Below the pieces are notes generated by a model. That model was not told where the DNA came from. It saw only the letters and a program-made list of their open reading frames with translations, and searched no databases. A stretch of 37,200 nucleotides of DNA, taken from positions 1-37,200 of the forward strand of contig CAMJEC010000002.1 in assembly GCA_946404585.1 (NCBI GenBank), in the 5' to 3' direction. Each line of letters opens with the position of its first letter. Position 1 is the first letter of the stretch. Shown here piece after piece: positions 26,166-35,288 of this stretch. The position numbers were made by a program, and so were the translations under genes. This DNA is from an uncultured Bacillales bacterium (GTDB lineage Bacteria > Bacillota_I > Bacilli_A > RFN20 > CAG-826).

Positions 26166-27302
26166 ATGGGTAAAGAAACATATATCAAATATCTAAAAGA
26201 CTATCTACATCTATTCTCCCTTTATCTAAATAAAAAGGAAGAACCTTCTTTTAAGATTAATGAAAGTAACTTTAATATTTTTCTTAATCTATCTAAGAAG
26301 CATTCATTGACCGCTTTATTTTATAAGGTGGTTAAGGACACCAAAGTGGATATCAAAGAAGAATATCTAAAAGTATTAGAACAATATTATTTTTCTAATG
26401 TTCAGAAGCATGTCTTATTTGATAAAGAAAGAAAAGAACTGTTTGAATATTGTAATAAAAACAATATCATCCATCTTCCACTTAAAGGCATTATTTTAAA
26501 ACATTATTATCCTGACCCATACACTAGAGAATTCGCCGATAACGATATCTATTTCGGAGGTAACGATGAACTAATTAAAAAGTTCTTCGTTGATAGGGGT
26601 TATGAAGTAGAGCTATATCGGAAAAGTAATCATGACGTGTATTTAAAAAAGCCATGTTTGAACTTTGAAATGCATCGAGCCTTATTTGGGGAAACTGGTG
26701 ATAATGAAAAGGTTGTTAAATATTTTAAACATCCAAACATTAGATTAGTTAACCCATTAGCGATGGAAGCCTATTTACCACTAGATGATTTCTACGTCTA
26801 TTTCACCGCACATTCTTATAAGCATTTCCATATCGCAGGATGCGGACTTAGAACTCTCGTTGACTATTATGTTTTCTTAAAGAAAAACAAAGAAGATGAA
26901 TTACTAGATTTTAAATATATTAATAAACAACTAGAAAAGATGGATCTAGTGGATTTCTCTAATCAAATATCCACTTTAGCGCTTAAAGTCTTTGATGAAC
27001 AAGAACTATCTAATGAAGAAATGGAAACACTGTTATTTATCGCTAGCAGTGGGACATATGGAACCTTAGAAAATAGAGTAAATAAAGGTGTTAAAGAAAA
27101 AGGTAAAACTAGATATTTCTTTTCTAGAATATTCCCTCCATATAGATTCTATAAATCCGCTTATCCATGGGCATATAAGGTACCTATATTAATTCCTATT
27201 GCCTGGTTATGCAGATTATTTAGAATCCTATTTAAAAATCCAAAAAGAGCGACATCTGAATTAAAGATGATATCTAAATCCAAAGAAGAGAAAGATAAGT
27301 AA
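26166..27302 (+). CDS. Uncharacterised nucleotidyltransferase family protein (NTP_transf_5 / PF14907-like)
   Basis: The ATG directly abuts the ABC stop codon (TAAATG). The layout HSLTALFY ... IIHLPLKGIILKHYYPDPYTREFADNDIYF ... LNFEMHRALF matches the PF14907 pattern (KG..l...Y.dp..R...D.D, then veLH). Confidence 0.7.
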   Translation: MGKETYIKYLKDYLHLFSLYLNKKEEPSFKINESNFNIFLNLSKKHSLTALFYKVVKDTKVDIKEEYLKVLEQYYFSNVQKHVLFDKERKELFEYCNKNNIIHLPLKGIILKHYYPDPYTREFADNDIYFGGNDELIKKFFVDRGYEVELYRKSNHDVYLKKPCLNFEMHRALFGETGDNEKVVKYFKHPNIRLVNPLAMEAYLPLDDFYVYFTAHSYKHFHIAGCGLRTLVDYYVFLKKNKEDELLDFKYINKQLEKMDLVDFSNQISTLALKVFDEQELSNEEMETLLFIASSGTYGTLENRVNKGVKEKGKTRYFFSRIFPPYRFYKSAYPWAYKVPILIPIAWLCRLFRILFKNPKRATSELKMISKSKEEKDK

Positions 27303-27361
27303 TCATATTTTGGCTTTTTCTTTTTAATAAGAAAGTAGAGTGATATATTTATTATTGTCTT

Positions 27362-30052
27362 ATGAAAAAGAATACCAGTCGTAAAAACGAAGATATTAAA
27401 AGATTTAATCCTACCGCCGAAAGTGGCTTAGATAGTGCCTCAGTGGCCTATATGCAAAGTGTGGGCAAAGTAAATATTGCTAAAAGCCCAACGAATAAGT
27501 CATATACCAAAATCGTTTTAGGTAATATCTTTACCTTCTTTAATATTTTGATGTTCGCTATTGCGGGCTTACTTCTTTTACTAGTGGGTCCTAAAGTAGT
27601 GACTAACTTAATGTTTTTAGGCATTATTGTTTGTAACTTACTGATAGGCACTATTCAGGAATGCAAGAGTAAACATACAATTGAAAAACTTAAGTTATTA
27701 AACGATAGCAAGATTAAAGTAAGACGTGATGGTAAAGAAGTAGAACTCTTACCAACTGAAATAGTTTTAGATGATGTTGTTATCTTAACAGCAGGGGATC
27801 AAATACCCGCTGACTGTATTGTCTTAGATGAACAAATCTTAGAAGTTAATGAATCATTATTAACTGGTGAATCAGTACCAGTAAAGAAGACTAAAGGTGA
27901 TACAGTATTTGCTGGCTCCTTTGTCGTGGCTGGTTCTTTAGCGGTCCGTGTGGATAAAGTTGGTAATGATACATATATCTCCTCAATTGAAAATAAGGCT
28001 AAAGTATCTAAACAACCTAAATCTAGATTGATGATTGCCATCTCTAAGATTATTAGAAATATGACACTTATTGCTATCCCATTAGCGGTATTTGTCGCGA
28101 TTTATGAATTCGTATATGGCTTACTTAATAACACTGAAGGATTAAGTATTCTTCCAACAACCTGGGGTCAAAAGACTATTTTCTCTGAAGCCACCTTCTA
28201 TAGTGGTGTCACTATTGCCTATATGATTCCATGTGGTATGGCGTTACTCGCCAGTGTCGCGATGGCCACAGGTGTTGTTAAACTCGCACAAAATAAGACT
28301 TTAGCCCAAGACTTATATTCTGTTGAATCTTTATCTAGAGTTAATACTCTTTGCTTAGATAAGACAGGGACATTGACCGATGGTTCAATGACCCTTGAAG
28401 AAACTATTATCTTAGATAAGAGTTATAACGAAGAATCTTTAGATAGATTAATGTCTAGTTACTTAGACGCTTTTAATGAGGCTAACCAAACATCAACCGC
28501 TTTATTAAATAAGTTTGGTAAACTCGTGGAACGTATTGATGACTATGGTCAACGTAATAGTTCTAATGCCTTTAGAAAGAAATTTAAGAATTTAGATCAA
28601 CTTAAAGTTAACGATAGAATCCATTTCTCCTCTGCGAGAAAATATTCCGCAGTGGAATTTGAAGGTTTAGGTTGGTTTGTGATGGGCGCTCCTGAATTCA
28701 TCACTAAAGACCAAGAAATCTTAAATAAAGTAAATGAATACGCGCAAAATGGTTTACGTGTTATCGTACTTGCTAAAGTAAACGGTGTAGTCATTAAAGA
28801 TAAACCAGTTCCAAGTGATGTCACCTTAGTAGCGATGCATATCTTAAGCGACACGATTAGACCAGAAGTTAAAGATACAATGTTATGGTTTAGAGAAAAC
28901 GATGTTGATATTAAAGTTATCTCTGGTGATAACATCGGTACTGTTAGTTATATTGCTAAACAATCAGGTATCGCTAATTGGGATAAGATCGTGGATATGT
29001 CTAAAGTGACTGAACAAGATAACTTAGAAGAACTAGTTTTAAATAACGCAATATTCGGTAGAGTTACTCCTGACCAAAAAGCGGAAATTATCGCGATCTT
29101 AAAGAAGAACAACCGTATCGTTGGTGTCACAGGTGATGGTTTAAATGACTTATTAGCCTTTAAGCAAGCCGATTGCTCTATTGCTTTAGCAAATGGTGCG
29201 GCCGCTACTAAAAACGTCGCAAATCTTGTTTTATTAGATTCTAACTTCTCTAATATGAAGGAAGCTGTTTTCCAAGGTAGACGTGTTGTTAATAATATTC
29301 AAAGATCTTCATCCTTATTCGTGATGAAGGATTACTTATGGTTCTTTATTACCTTATTACCAATGACGATTGGTTTACCACATATGATTCAACCAACAGT
29401 TATGTCTTTGGTTAATATCTTCATTACTGGTATTGCCTCTTTATTCGTGGCTTTAGAACCTGATAGAACTAGAGTGACTGGTAACTTCTATAAGAATGTT
29501 ACTAAGAGGGCGATATTATCTGGCTTCTATATGTTTATACCGGTTGCTATATGTCTCCTATATGTCTTATTTAGCCAAGTGATTAGAACTCAAACATTTG
29601 ATGTTAAATCATTAGCTACAGTATTTGATATAAACACACATGAAATTATTAGTATTGGTTGGATTCCTACAATGGCCTTATGTGTCACTATTTCTGGCTT
29701 TATTATCTTCTTTAAGAACTGTCGTCCATTTACGACATTTAGAAAGTTCTTATATATTATTACCTTAGTGGTGGTGTTATTTATTTTATGGTTAGCACCT
29801 GAATTCTTCATTGTCAGTGGTACTGAAATGGTGAATGAAGTAGGTGGTTTTCTTAAAATCTTCCCATATATCTTTAGCCATATTGTTCCTAACTTAACAT
29901 TATCCTTATTTAAGACAATGACCTTAGAACAAATCATCTTTGTTGGTGTCCATGCTTTAGCAGCGGTTCCACTCTATTTATTAAATGAAAAGATAGGTGG
30001 AAAATTCCTAGATTTAACTTTATTCGCAAAACGCGAGTATAAGGATGAGTAG
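27362..30052 (+). CDS. Cation-transporting P-type ATPase (HAD-IC, P2-like)
   Basis: LTGESVPV, phosphorylation site CLDKTGTLTDG, VTGDGLNDLLAFKQADCSIAL, ten predicted TM helices. Confidence 0.9.
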   Translation: MKKNTSRKNEDIKRFNPTAESGLDSASVAYMQSVGKVNIAKSPTNKSYTKIVLGNIFTFFNILMFAIAGLLLLLVGPKVVTNLMFLGIIVCNLLIGTIQECKSKHTIEKLKLLNDSKIKVRRDGKEVELLPTEIVLDDVVILTAGDQIPADCIVLDEQILEVNESLLTGESVPVKKTKGDTVFAGSFVVAGSLAVRVDKVGNDTYISSIENKAKVSKQPKSRLMIAISKIIRNMTLIAIPLAVFVAIYEFVYGLLNNTEGLSILPTTWGQKTIFSEATFYSGVTIAYMIPCGMALLASVAMATGVVKLAQNKTLAQDLYSVESLSRVNTLCLDKTGTLTDGSMTLEETIILDKSYNEESLDRLMSSYLDAFNEANQTSTALLNKFGKLVERIDDYGQRNSSNAFRKKFKNLDQLKVNDRIHFSSARKYSAVEFEGLGWFVMGAPEFITKDQEILNKVNEYAQNGLRVIVLAKVNGVVIKDKPVPSDVTLVAMHILSDTIRPEVKDTMLWFRENDVDIKVISGDNIGTVSYIAKQSGIANWDKIVDMSKVTEQDNLEELVLNNAIFGRVTPDQKAEIIAILKKNNRIVGVTGDGLNDLLAFKQADCSIALANGAAATKNVANLVLLDSNFSNMKEAVFQGRRVVNNIQRSSSLFVMKDYLWFFITLLPMTIGLPHMIQPTVMSLVNIFITGIASLFVALEPDRTRVTGNFYKNVTKRAILSGFYMFIPVAICLLYVLFSQVIRTQTFDVKSLATVFDINTHEIISIGWIPTMALCVTISGFIIFFKNCRPFTTFRKFLYIITLVVVLFILWLAPEFFIVSGTEMVNEVGGFLKIFPYIFSHIVPNLTLSLFKTMTLEQIIFVGVHALAAVPLYLLNEKIGGKFLDLTLFAKREYKDE

Positions 30053-30071
30053 TCTTTATTCGCGTTTTTTT
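30029..30071 (+). terminator. Rho-independent terminator overlapping the ATPase stop codon
   Basis: AAACGCGA (30029..30036) / TCGCGTTT (30060..30067) with an inner ATAAGGA/TCTTTAT extension, then a T run to 30071. Confidence 0.6.
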
Positions 30072-30095
30072 ATATTACTTAGAGAGGTATTAGTC

Positions 30096-33065
30096 ATGAA
30101 GAAAATAAAAAAATTTTTGCCATTATTAATTCTTAGCACAATTACATTAAGTGCTTGCTCTTTCTTAGATTTCCTTCCAAGTGGTGATAGTGGTTCATCC
30201 ACTTCTATCACAAGCACAACTAGCAGTAACACTAGTAAATCAGATTCAAGTAAAGACACTAGTGGTTCTAGTGGTTCCACTAAAGAAGAATATGTTGAAG
30301 CTACATTAAATGATGATAATGCGACATATGATGTTTCTAGTAAGACATACACAATTCACTTAAATGCGGGTAACAGATATTACATTGCTTTTAACACCAA
30401 AACAAATACGGAATTTAAAAAAGTTTATAGCGTAGTAGGGACAGCTAGTTCATATCTAACTGTTAGTGATGCTGGCTTAATTTCCACCTCTAGTGAAATC
30501 ACTGAAGATAAAAGCGGTGATGCTAAAGTGGACTTCATCAGTGAAATCACTGAGAAGATATTAAATACCATCACTATCAGAGTAAATATCAAGGCTAAAG
30601 AAGTACCCGTTAATACGTTAACGGTTACTTGCGTTGATACAGGCGCCTCTATTAGTGATAACTCTGTCGTGAATATGTATATTGATGATACATATAGCTT
30701 TGAAATTAAATATAACAATCAAAAAGTTAGTAACGCTTTAACTAGCGAATCTGACAAAGTCAGTATCGCTGATAATAAAGTTACTGCCTTAAGTAAAGGT
30801 GAAGCCATGATTAAGGCTAAAAATAATGATAAAGAGATTAACTTCAAAGTTAATATTCAAAATAGAACATTAACTAAGATTTATGCCCCTAATGAAGGTA
30901 ATGATTTACTTATCCACAACAATAAACTCTATATCGTCGGTAAAGTCTTAGCCCAATATGATCATGGTGAAGATAAAGAATTAACATTAGCAGATGGATT
31001 AACATATGTCATAAGCGATAATGACACTACAACTAAGTCAGTTATGCTCTCATATACAGAAGATAACGTCACTAAATCAGTGACATATAACGTTAAATTC
31101 TTTGTAAGTGAACAATATGTTGGTGATGATACTGCGTTTAATTTCTTAGATTATGGTATGAAGTCAGTATATGGTGAACTTCATTATTTACCAAATGAAG
31201 GTAATATTAAATTCTTAGTTATTCCTGTTTGGTTCACTAACTCTGAAAACTTCTTTAAAGAATCACATAAAACACAAATCTTAGAAGATATTAGAGCGAA
31301 GATATTAGAAGAAAAGACTGATGATAATTACTGGTCAGTTAAGTCATATTATGAAACTGAATCAAAAGGTAAGGTTCATATTGACGCGACTATTAGTGAC
31401 TTCTATACATCTGGTACAAGTTTAGTGGACTATACCGATACTGGCGATAGTAGCTTAACTTATAAATTAGTTAATGACGCCACTAACTGGTATTTCTCTA
31501 AGAACCCAACTGATTCCATTAATAATTATGATAACGATGGAGATGGTAAAGTCGATGGTGTTATTTGTTACTACGCTGGTAACTACTATGGCGCTAAAAA
31601 CGCTACTATGAGAAGTGTGGCTTATGCCTTTACGAATAATAGCGATAGTAGAGTTTATGATACAGGTTGCTTCTGTCCAATCGGTGGCATATACGGCTTT
31701 GGTAGAGAAATAAGTACATCCTGGCAGTTAAATACTGATGATTTATCAAGTATTTTGCCTCCAGAATTTGTTAGAGGCGCTAATACAGTAATCCATGAAG
31801 TTGGTCACCAATTTGGTGCTGACGACTTATATGAATATGCCGCTAAGAATGAAGAGAAACACTATCCATGTGGTGCCTTCTCTATGCAAGATAATGACAG
31901 CGGTTCTCATGATCCATTCCAAACAAACTTATTTGGCTGGAGTAAGCCAGATATCTATGCAGCGAAGGATTATAACGTTGGTGATAAAATCACCATCTCT
32001 ATAGATGACTTCCAAGGAAGTGGTAACAACATCCTATTAACTAAAGATTGGAATGAATATAATTCCTTATTTGATGAATATCTCTTATTAGAGTTATATG
32101 CCCCTATTGGTTTAAATGCATATGACGCTAATAGATTAGGCTTTAATCAAGCTGGTATTAGAGTGTGGCACGCTAATTCAATTATGGCCCATGCTAGTGC
32201 CGCTGATGAAGATTCACCAAACTTAGTGGACACAAGAACAAACAGCTTTAAATATTCCACATATGACCGTAATGATGAATATGATTTACTCCATCTCATC
32301 AGGAATAATGAAGAAGTGGGTATTGATGTGACCACTAAAGCCGGTAATGACGATTTATTTAAAACTAATGATTCATTCTCAATGTCTAAATATTCTAAGC
32401 AATTTGTTAAAGGTAATAGATTAGATAACGGTGAGAAGTTAGGTTGGGAATTTAATGTAGACGGTATCTATTTTGATAAAGCTAACAATAAATATACTGG
32501 TGTCATTACTCTCACCAGAGTGGATAACACTAGAACAGAATTTACCGCTACATCAAAAATAAGTGATAGTATTGCTCAACCAAGTGGTAACACTAATGAG
32601 ATTGGTAATGCTATTTTTGGTGATGAAAATATCTTAATGAATTATGCCTTTAATGAATCAAGTGTGTTCAGTGGTACACAAGCTATATCCACTAAAGGCA
32701 TTAGATTATATGCTGCTAATAGTGGTAATGGTGGTACCCTTGAAATATCTATTAAAGATAAGTCAGGACATAACTGCTATATTAATTCAATTAAGTTAGT
32801 TATCTGTGCCTTAACAGGTGTTAACTTAAGTGTTACTTCAAATGGTAATACTTTAGAGTTCACTAGATTTGAAGGTCCTGAATGTCTAGAAGGGGCTACT
32901 GATGGATCAGGTAATATAGCTCATGACTCTGGTCGTTTCTATAAAGATATAAACGCTAAGAAAGTCACATTAAAGAATGGTTACACTAATGGCACATATA
33001 GTGCATTCTCATATCTCACCATCGTGAGTATGGAAATTGAATATACAATTGCACCTAGTAATTAG
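30096..33065 (+). CDS. M6 (immune inhibitor A)-like zinc metalloprotease lipoprotein with N-terminal Ig-like domains
   Basis: Start ATG 30096 (MKKIKKFLPLLILSTITLSAC lipobox) instead of 30045. Ser/Thr-rich linker. M6-domain hallmarks FLVIPVWFTNSE, SVKSYYETESKGKV, DGDGKVDGVICYYAG, zinc site VIHEVGHQFGADDLYEY. Confidence 0.75.
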   Translation: MKKIKKFLPLLILSTITLSACSFLDFLPSGDSGSSTSITSTTSSNTSKSDSSKDTSGSSGSTKEEYVEATLNDDNATYDVSSKTYTIHLNAGNRYYIAFNTKTNTEFKKVYSVVGTASSYLTVSDAGLISTSSEITEDKSGDAKVDFISEITEKILNTITIRVNIKAKEVPVNTLTVTCVDTGASISDNSVVNMYIDDTYSFEIKYNNQKVSNALTSESDKVSIADNKVTALSKGEAMIKAKNNDKEINFKVNIQNRTLTKIYAPNEGNDLLIHNNKLYIVGKVLAQYDHGEDKELTLADGLTYVISDNDTTTKSVMLSYTEDNVTKSVTYNVKFFVSEQYVGDDTAFNFLDYGMKSVYGELHYLPNEGNIKFLVIPVWFTNSENFFKESHKTQILEDIRAKILEEKTDDNYWSVKSYYETESKGKVHIDATISDFYTSGTSLVDYTDTGDSSLTYKLVNDATNWYFSKNPTDSINNYDNDGDGKVDGVICYYAGNYYGAKNATMRSVAYAFTNNSDSRVYDTGCFCPIGGIYGFGREISTSWQLNTDDLSSILPPEFVRGANTVIHEVGHQFGADDLYEYAAKNEEKHYPCGAFSMQDNDSGSHDPFQTNLFGWSKPDIYAAKDYNVGDKITISIDDFQGSGNNILLTKDWNEYNSLFDEYLLLELYAPIGLNAYDANRLGFNQAGIRVWHANSIMAHASAADEDSPNLVDTRTNSFKYSTYDRNDEYDLLHLIRNNEEVGIDVTTKAGNDDLFKTNDSFSMSKYSKQFVKGNRLDNGEKLGWEFNVDGIYFDKANNKYTGVITLTRVDNTRTEFTATSKISDSIAQPSGNTNEIGNAIFGDENILMNYAFNESSVFSGTQAISTKGIRLYAANSGNGGTLEISIKDKSGHNCYINSIKLVICALTGVNLSVTSNGNTLEFTRFEGPECLEGATDGSGNIAHDSGRFYKDINAKKVTLKNGYTNGTYSAFSYLTIVSMEIEYTIAPSN

Positions 33066-33088
33066 GTAGCAAGTGGAAGCAATGAAAG

Positions 33089-33114
33089 AAGCGCTCAACT
33101 ATGAGCGTTTTTTG
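33089..33114 (+). terminator. Rho-independent terminator
   Basis: AAGCGCTCA (33089..33097) / TGAGCGTTT (33102..33110), ACTA loop, T run. Confidence 0.7.
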
Positions 33115-33316
33115 CTTACAATAAATCAAATACTGAAGATGATGCCAAATGACCGTTAATGGGTAATATAATGGGACTTTTCTGTAAAAATTACAAATTA
33201 ATCCCGCTAACTAGTCGAATACGGTCTTTTTTGTTAAATGCCAAAAAGTGTATTGGCAACTACAAAATAAGTATCAAAAATGTGCTAAATATTGCAAAAA
33301 GGATATTTAATATCTA

Positions 33317-34195
33317 TTAATTATGAAGACTTGTGCCGTTATTGATCATTTCTTTACATCTATTCATTAAAACTGCTTTCATCTCTTCATTGATGCTGAA
33401 TGTAATGTCGAGATGAGTGTACGTTAGTGTATTGTGATAAGTATAATAGAAAGACGCTATTGGGACATCTCTATATATCATCATTACCCAATCATCAGTA
33501 ACTCTAATATCGATATCTGAAAATACGTTAGAGTAATCAATAGTTTCTATTTCTTTGAAATCTAAATTCACTAAATCTTGTTTTAATTCAGGAGTGAAGT
33601 TACTAATAACATGAAAATTGTTAGAACCGTTTAAATAAACATGCATATATCTTTTTTGAACTTCTGGTGGATTATCTAATAGTTCAAAAAATCTCTCAGT
33701 AGTGGCATATTCTCTTGCCTTAGCTTCTTCTTCCTTCTCAATACGATCTACTTCTTCAATACGAGTGTTAACTTCTTGTTTAAGACTATCTAATTGTTTT
33801 TCATCCATTATGTATGAAGTCTTTTGTGTATACGCTCCACTTAACATAGAGGCACCTGAACAAATAGTGTTCACTCTTCCATCGTTATAGAAATAAATCT
33901 TAAGACTATCAAAATCGTTAATGCTATATGGGTCTATATCAAATTCCATCCAAAGATTGTTTTCATTTCCATCTTTAAAGAATGTCTGTTTCTTTGCTAA
34001 ACCGCTATAGTTTTTAATAATGTCACGTATTGTAAAACCATAGTCATATTCATTAACATCACTAGTTTTGATATAAGCATGATTCGCTTTTTCATTTAAG
34101 ATATCACTAAAGCTAAGGTGCACAGCACGATGATGACAGCCACCTAATAAACAAGGTAATAGTGATATAGGTAGTAGTATTAACTTCTTATTCAT
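33317..34195 (-). CDS. Lipoprotein, paralogue family member 5
   Basis: Start ATG 34195 (MNKKLILLPISLLPCLLGGC). The track's 34363 extension overlaps the upstream gene by about 160 nt and lacks a signal peptide. It starts 7 nt after the stop of member 4. Confidence 0.75.
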   Translation of the reverse strand: MNKKLILLPISLLPCLLGGCHHRAVHLSFSDILNEKANHAYIKTSDVNEYDYGFTIRDIIKNYSGLAKKQTFFKDGNENNLWMEFDIDPYSINDFDSLKIYFYNDGRVNTICSGASMLSGAYTQKTSYIMDEKQLDSLKQEVNTRIEEVDRIEKEEEAKAREYATTERFFELLDNPPEVQKRYMHVYLNGSNNFHVISNFTPELKQDLVNLDFKEIETIDYSNVFSDIDIRVTDDWVMMIYRDVPIASFYYTYHNTLTYTHLDITFSINEEMKAVLMNRCKEMINNGTSLHN

Positions 34196-34202
34196 ATAAT
34201 TA

Positions 34203-35144
34203 TTAGTTTTCCCCGATACGGTCTTTAACTTCGTTATACATCTTCTCATACAATGCGTTGATTTTGCTTTGATCAACAGAGAAATAGTATGTATAAGAAG
34301 CCAGACCTTGATATTTTGATTTGTATTCATAATACATATAGCCAGTAGCTTCTTTGTAATCAAGTGTCATGCACCAACCTTCATTAACGCTTACTTTTAT
34401 ACAGTCAGAAGAACTAACATGGATATATTCGTCAAATCCATAAGTAACATCATCACCATATCTCTTGTACTCAAGATCTACGAGCAATTCAAGATACTCT
34501 CCATCATTATCGGGAATATCGATTTCTCTAACATATGGGCGTTTTATCCTTGAATCGTGGCCTGAATAACTATATGTAACTTTTCTATTTTCTAAATTAG
34601 AATAAGCAGCGAGGAAGTTATCGATCTTAGATGCTTCTTTAGCGGCTTCTTTTTCTTGCTCTAAACAAGCATTCATATCTTCAACATATGATGCGACAGT
34701 AGTGAATAACTCAGAAGCTGTTTCTTCGCTTATCCTGTATAAACTATTTTGATCTTGAGGACTCATTGGCCAGCCCGCACCTGAGACACGCACTTCAATA
34801 TCGCCTGTTTCATAAGCTTTGATAATAAAGTAGTTCATCTTCTTATAATCACCACTGATGTTTAAATGATAATTAATGGTTTTAACATTGTAACTACGTT
34901 GAAAGTCGCTACTATCATTTATCCTTTTTATATATTCAGCGTCACTAGTATATGTTTTGAGAATGTTAAGAACATCATTTTTATAATCGCGATAATCATC
35001 GTGGTCATAATAGTAATAACCATAGTTATCATCTTTATCGATAGTGAAGATATCTTTCAATGGAATAAACTCTGTTCTATATTCACAAGCACTTAAAAAA
35101 GATGAGAATAATACGATAGGTAGTAAGAACAACTTCTTTTTCAT
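34203..35144 (-). CDS. Lipoprotein, paralogue family member 4
   Basis: MKKKLFLLPIVLFSSFLSAC lipobox, GAGAGGA SD. The central EQEKEAAKEASKIDNFLAAY segment resembles that of the 12.6-15.5 kb paralogues. Confidence 0.8.
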   Translation of the reverse strand: MKKKLFLLPIVLFSSFLSACEYRTEFIPLKDIFTIDKDDNYGYYYYDHDDYRDYKNDVLNILKTYTSDAEYIKRINDSSDFQRSYNVKTINYHLNISGDYKKMNYFIIKAYETGDIEVRVSGAGWPMSPQDQNSLYRISEETASELFTTVASYVEDMNACLEQEKEAAKEASKIDNFLAAYSNLENRKVTYSYSGHDSRIKRPYVREIDIPDNDGEYLELLVDLEYKRYGDDVTYGFDEYIHVSSSDCIKVSVNEGWCMTLDYKEATGYMYYEYKSKYQGLASYTYYFSVDQSKINALYEKMYNEVKDRIGEN

Positions 35145-35288
35145 AATTCTATCCTCTCACTTATTAGACACATATTTAGTATGAAACTGCTAAAAGTATA
35201 GCAATATTCAAGATAATGATACAAACAATGTTAATTAACAAAATTATTAATAAGTAATATACTTATCTAGGTATAAAGGAGGAACACT

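Noticed and set aside
21951-27302. Classical lasso-peptide gene cluster (HprK-like kinase, PqqD and PF14907 are typical Firmicutes lasso accessories)
   Set aside because: The window contains no Asn-synthetase-like lasso cyclase and no transglutaminase-like B2 protease. Neither candidate core has an Asp or Glu 7-9 residues after any plausible cleavage site following the conserved region. The leader Thr spacing also does not fit.
30045-30095. Upstream start of the metalloprotease ORF overlapping the ATPase stop
   Set aside because: The extension lies within the terminator hairpin and T tract. ATG 30096 gives the MKKIKKF...LSAC signal peptide.
33081-33158. 25-aa ORF MKEALNYERFLLTINQILKMMPNDR after the metalloprotease gene
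   Set aside because: It overlaps the terminator hairpin, has no SD and shows no similarity to the two leader-like peptides.
34196-34363. 56-aa N-terminal extension of the 33317 lipoprotein ORF
   Set aside because: It overlaps the 3' end of 34203..35144 in another frame. The internal ATG at 34195 gives a canonical lipoprotein signal peptide 7 nt after the upstream stop.
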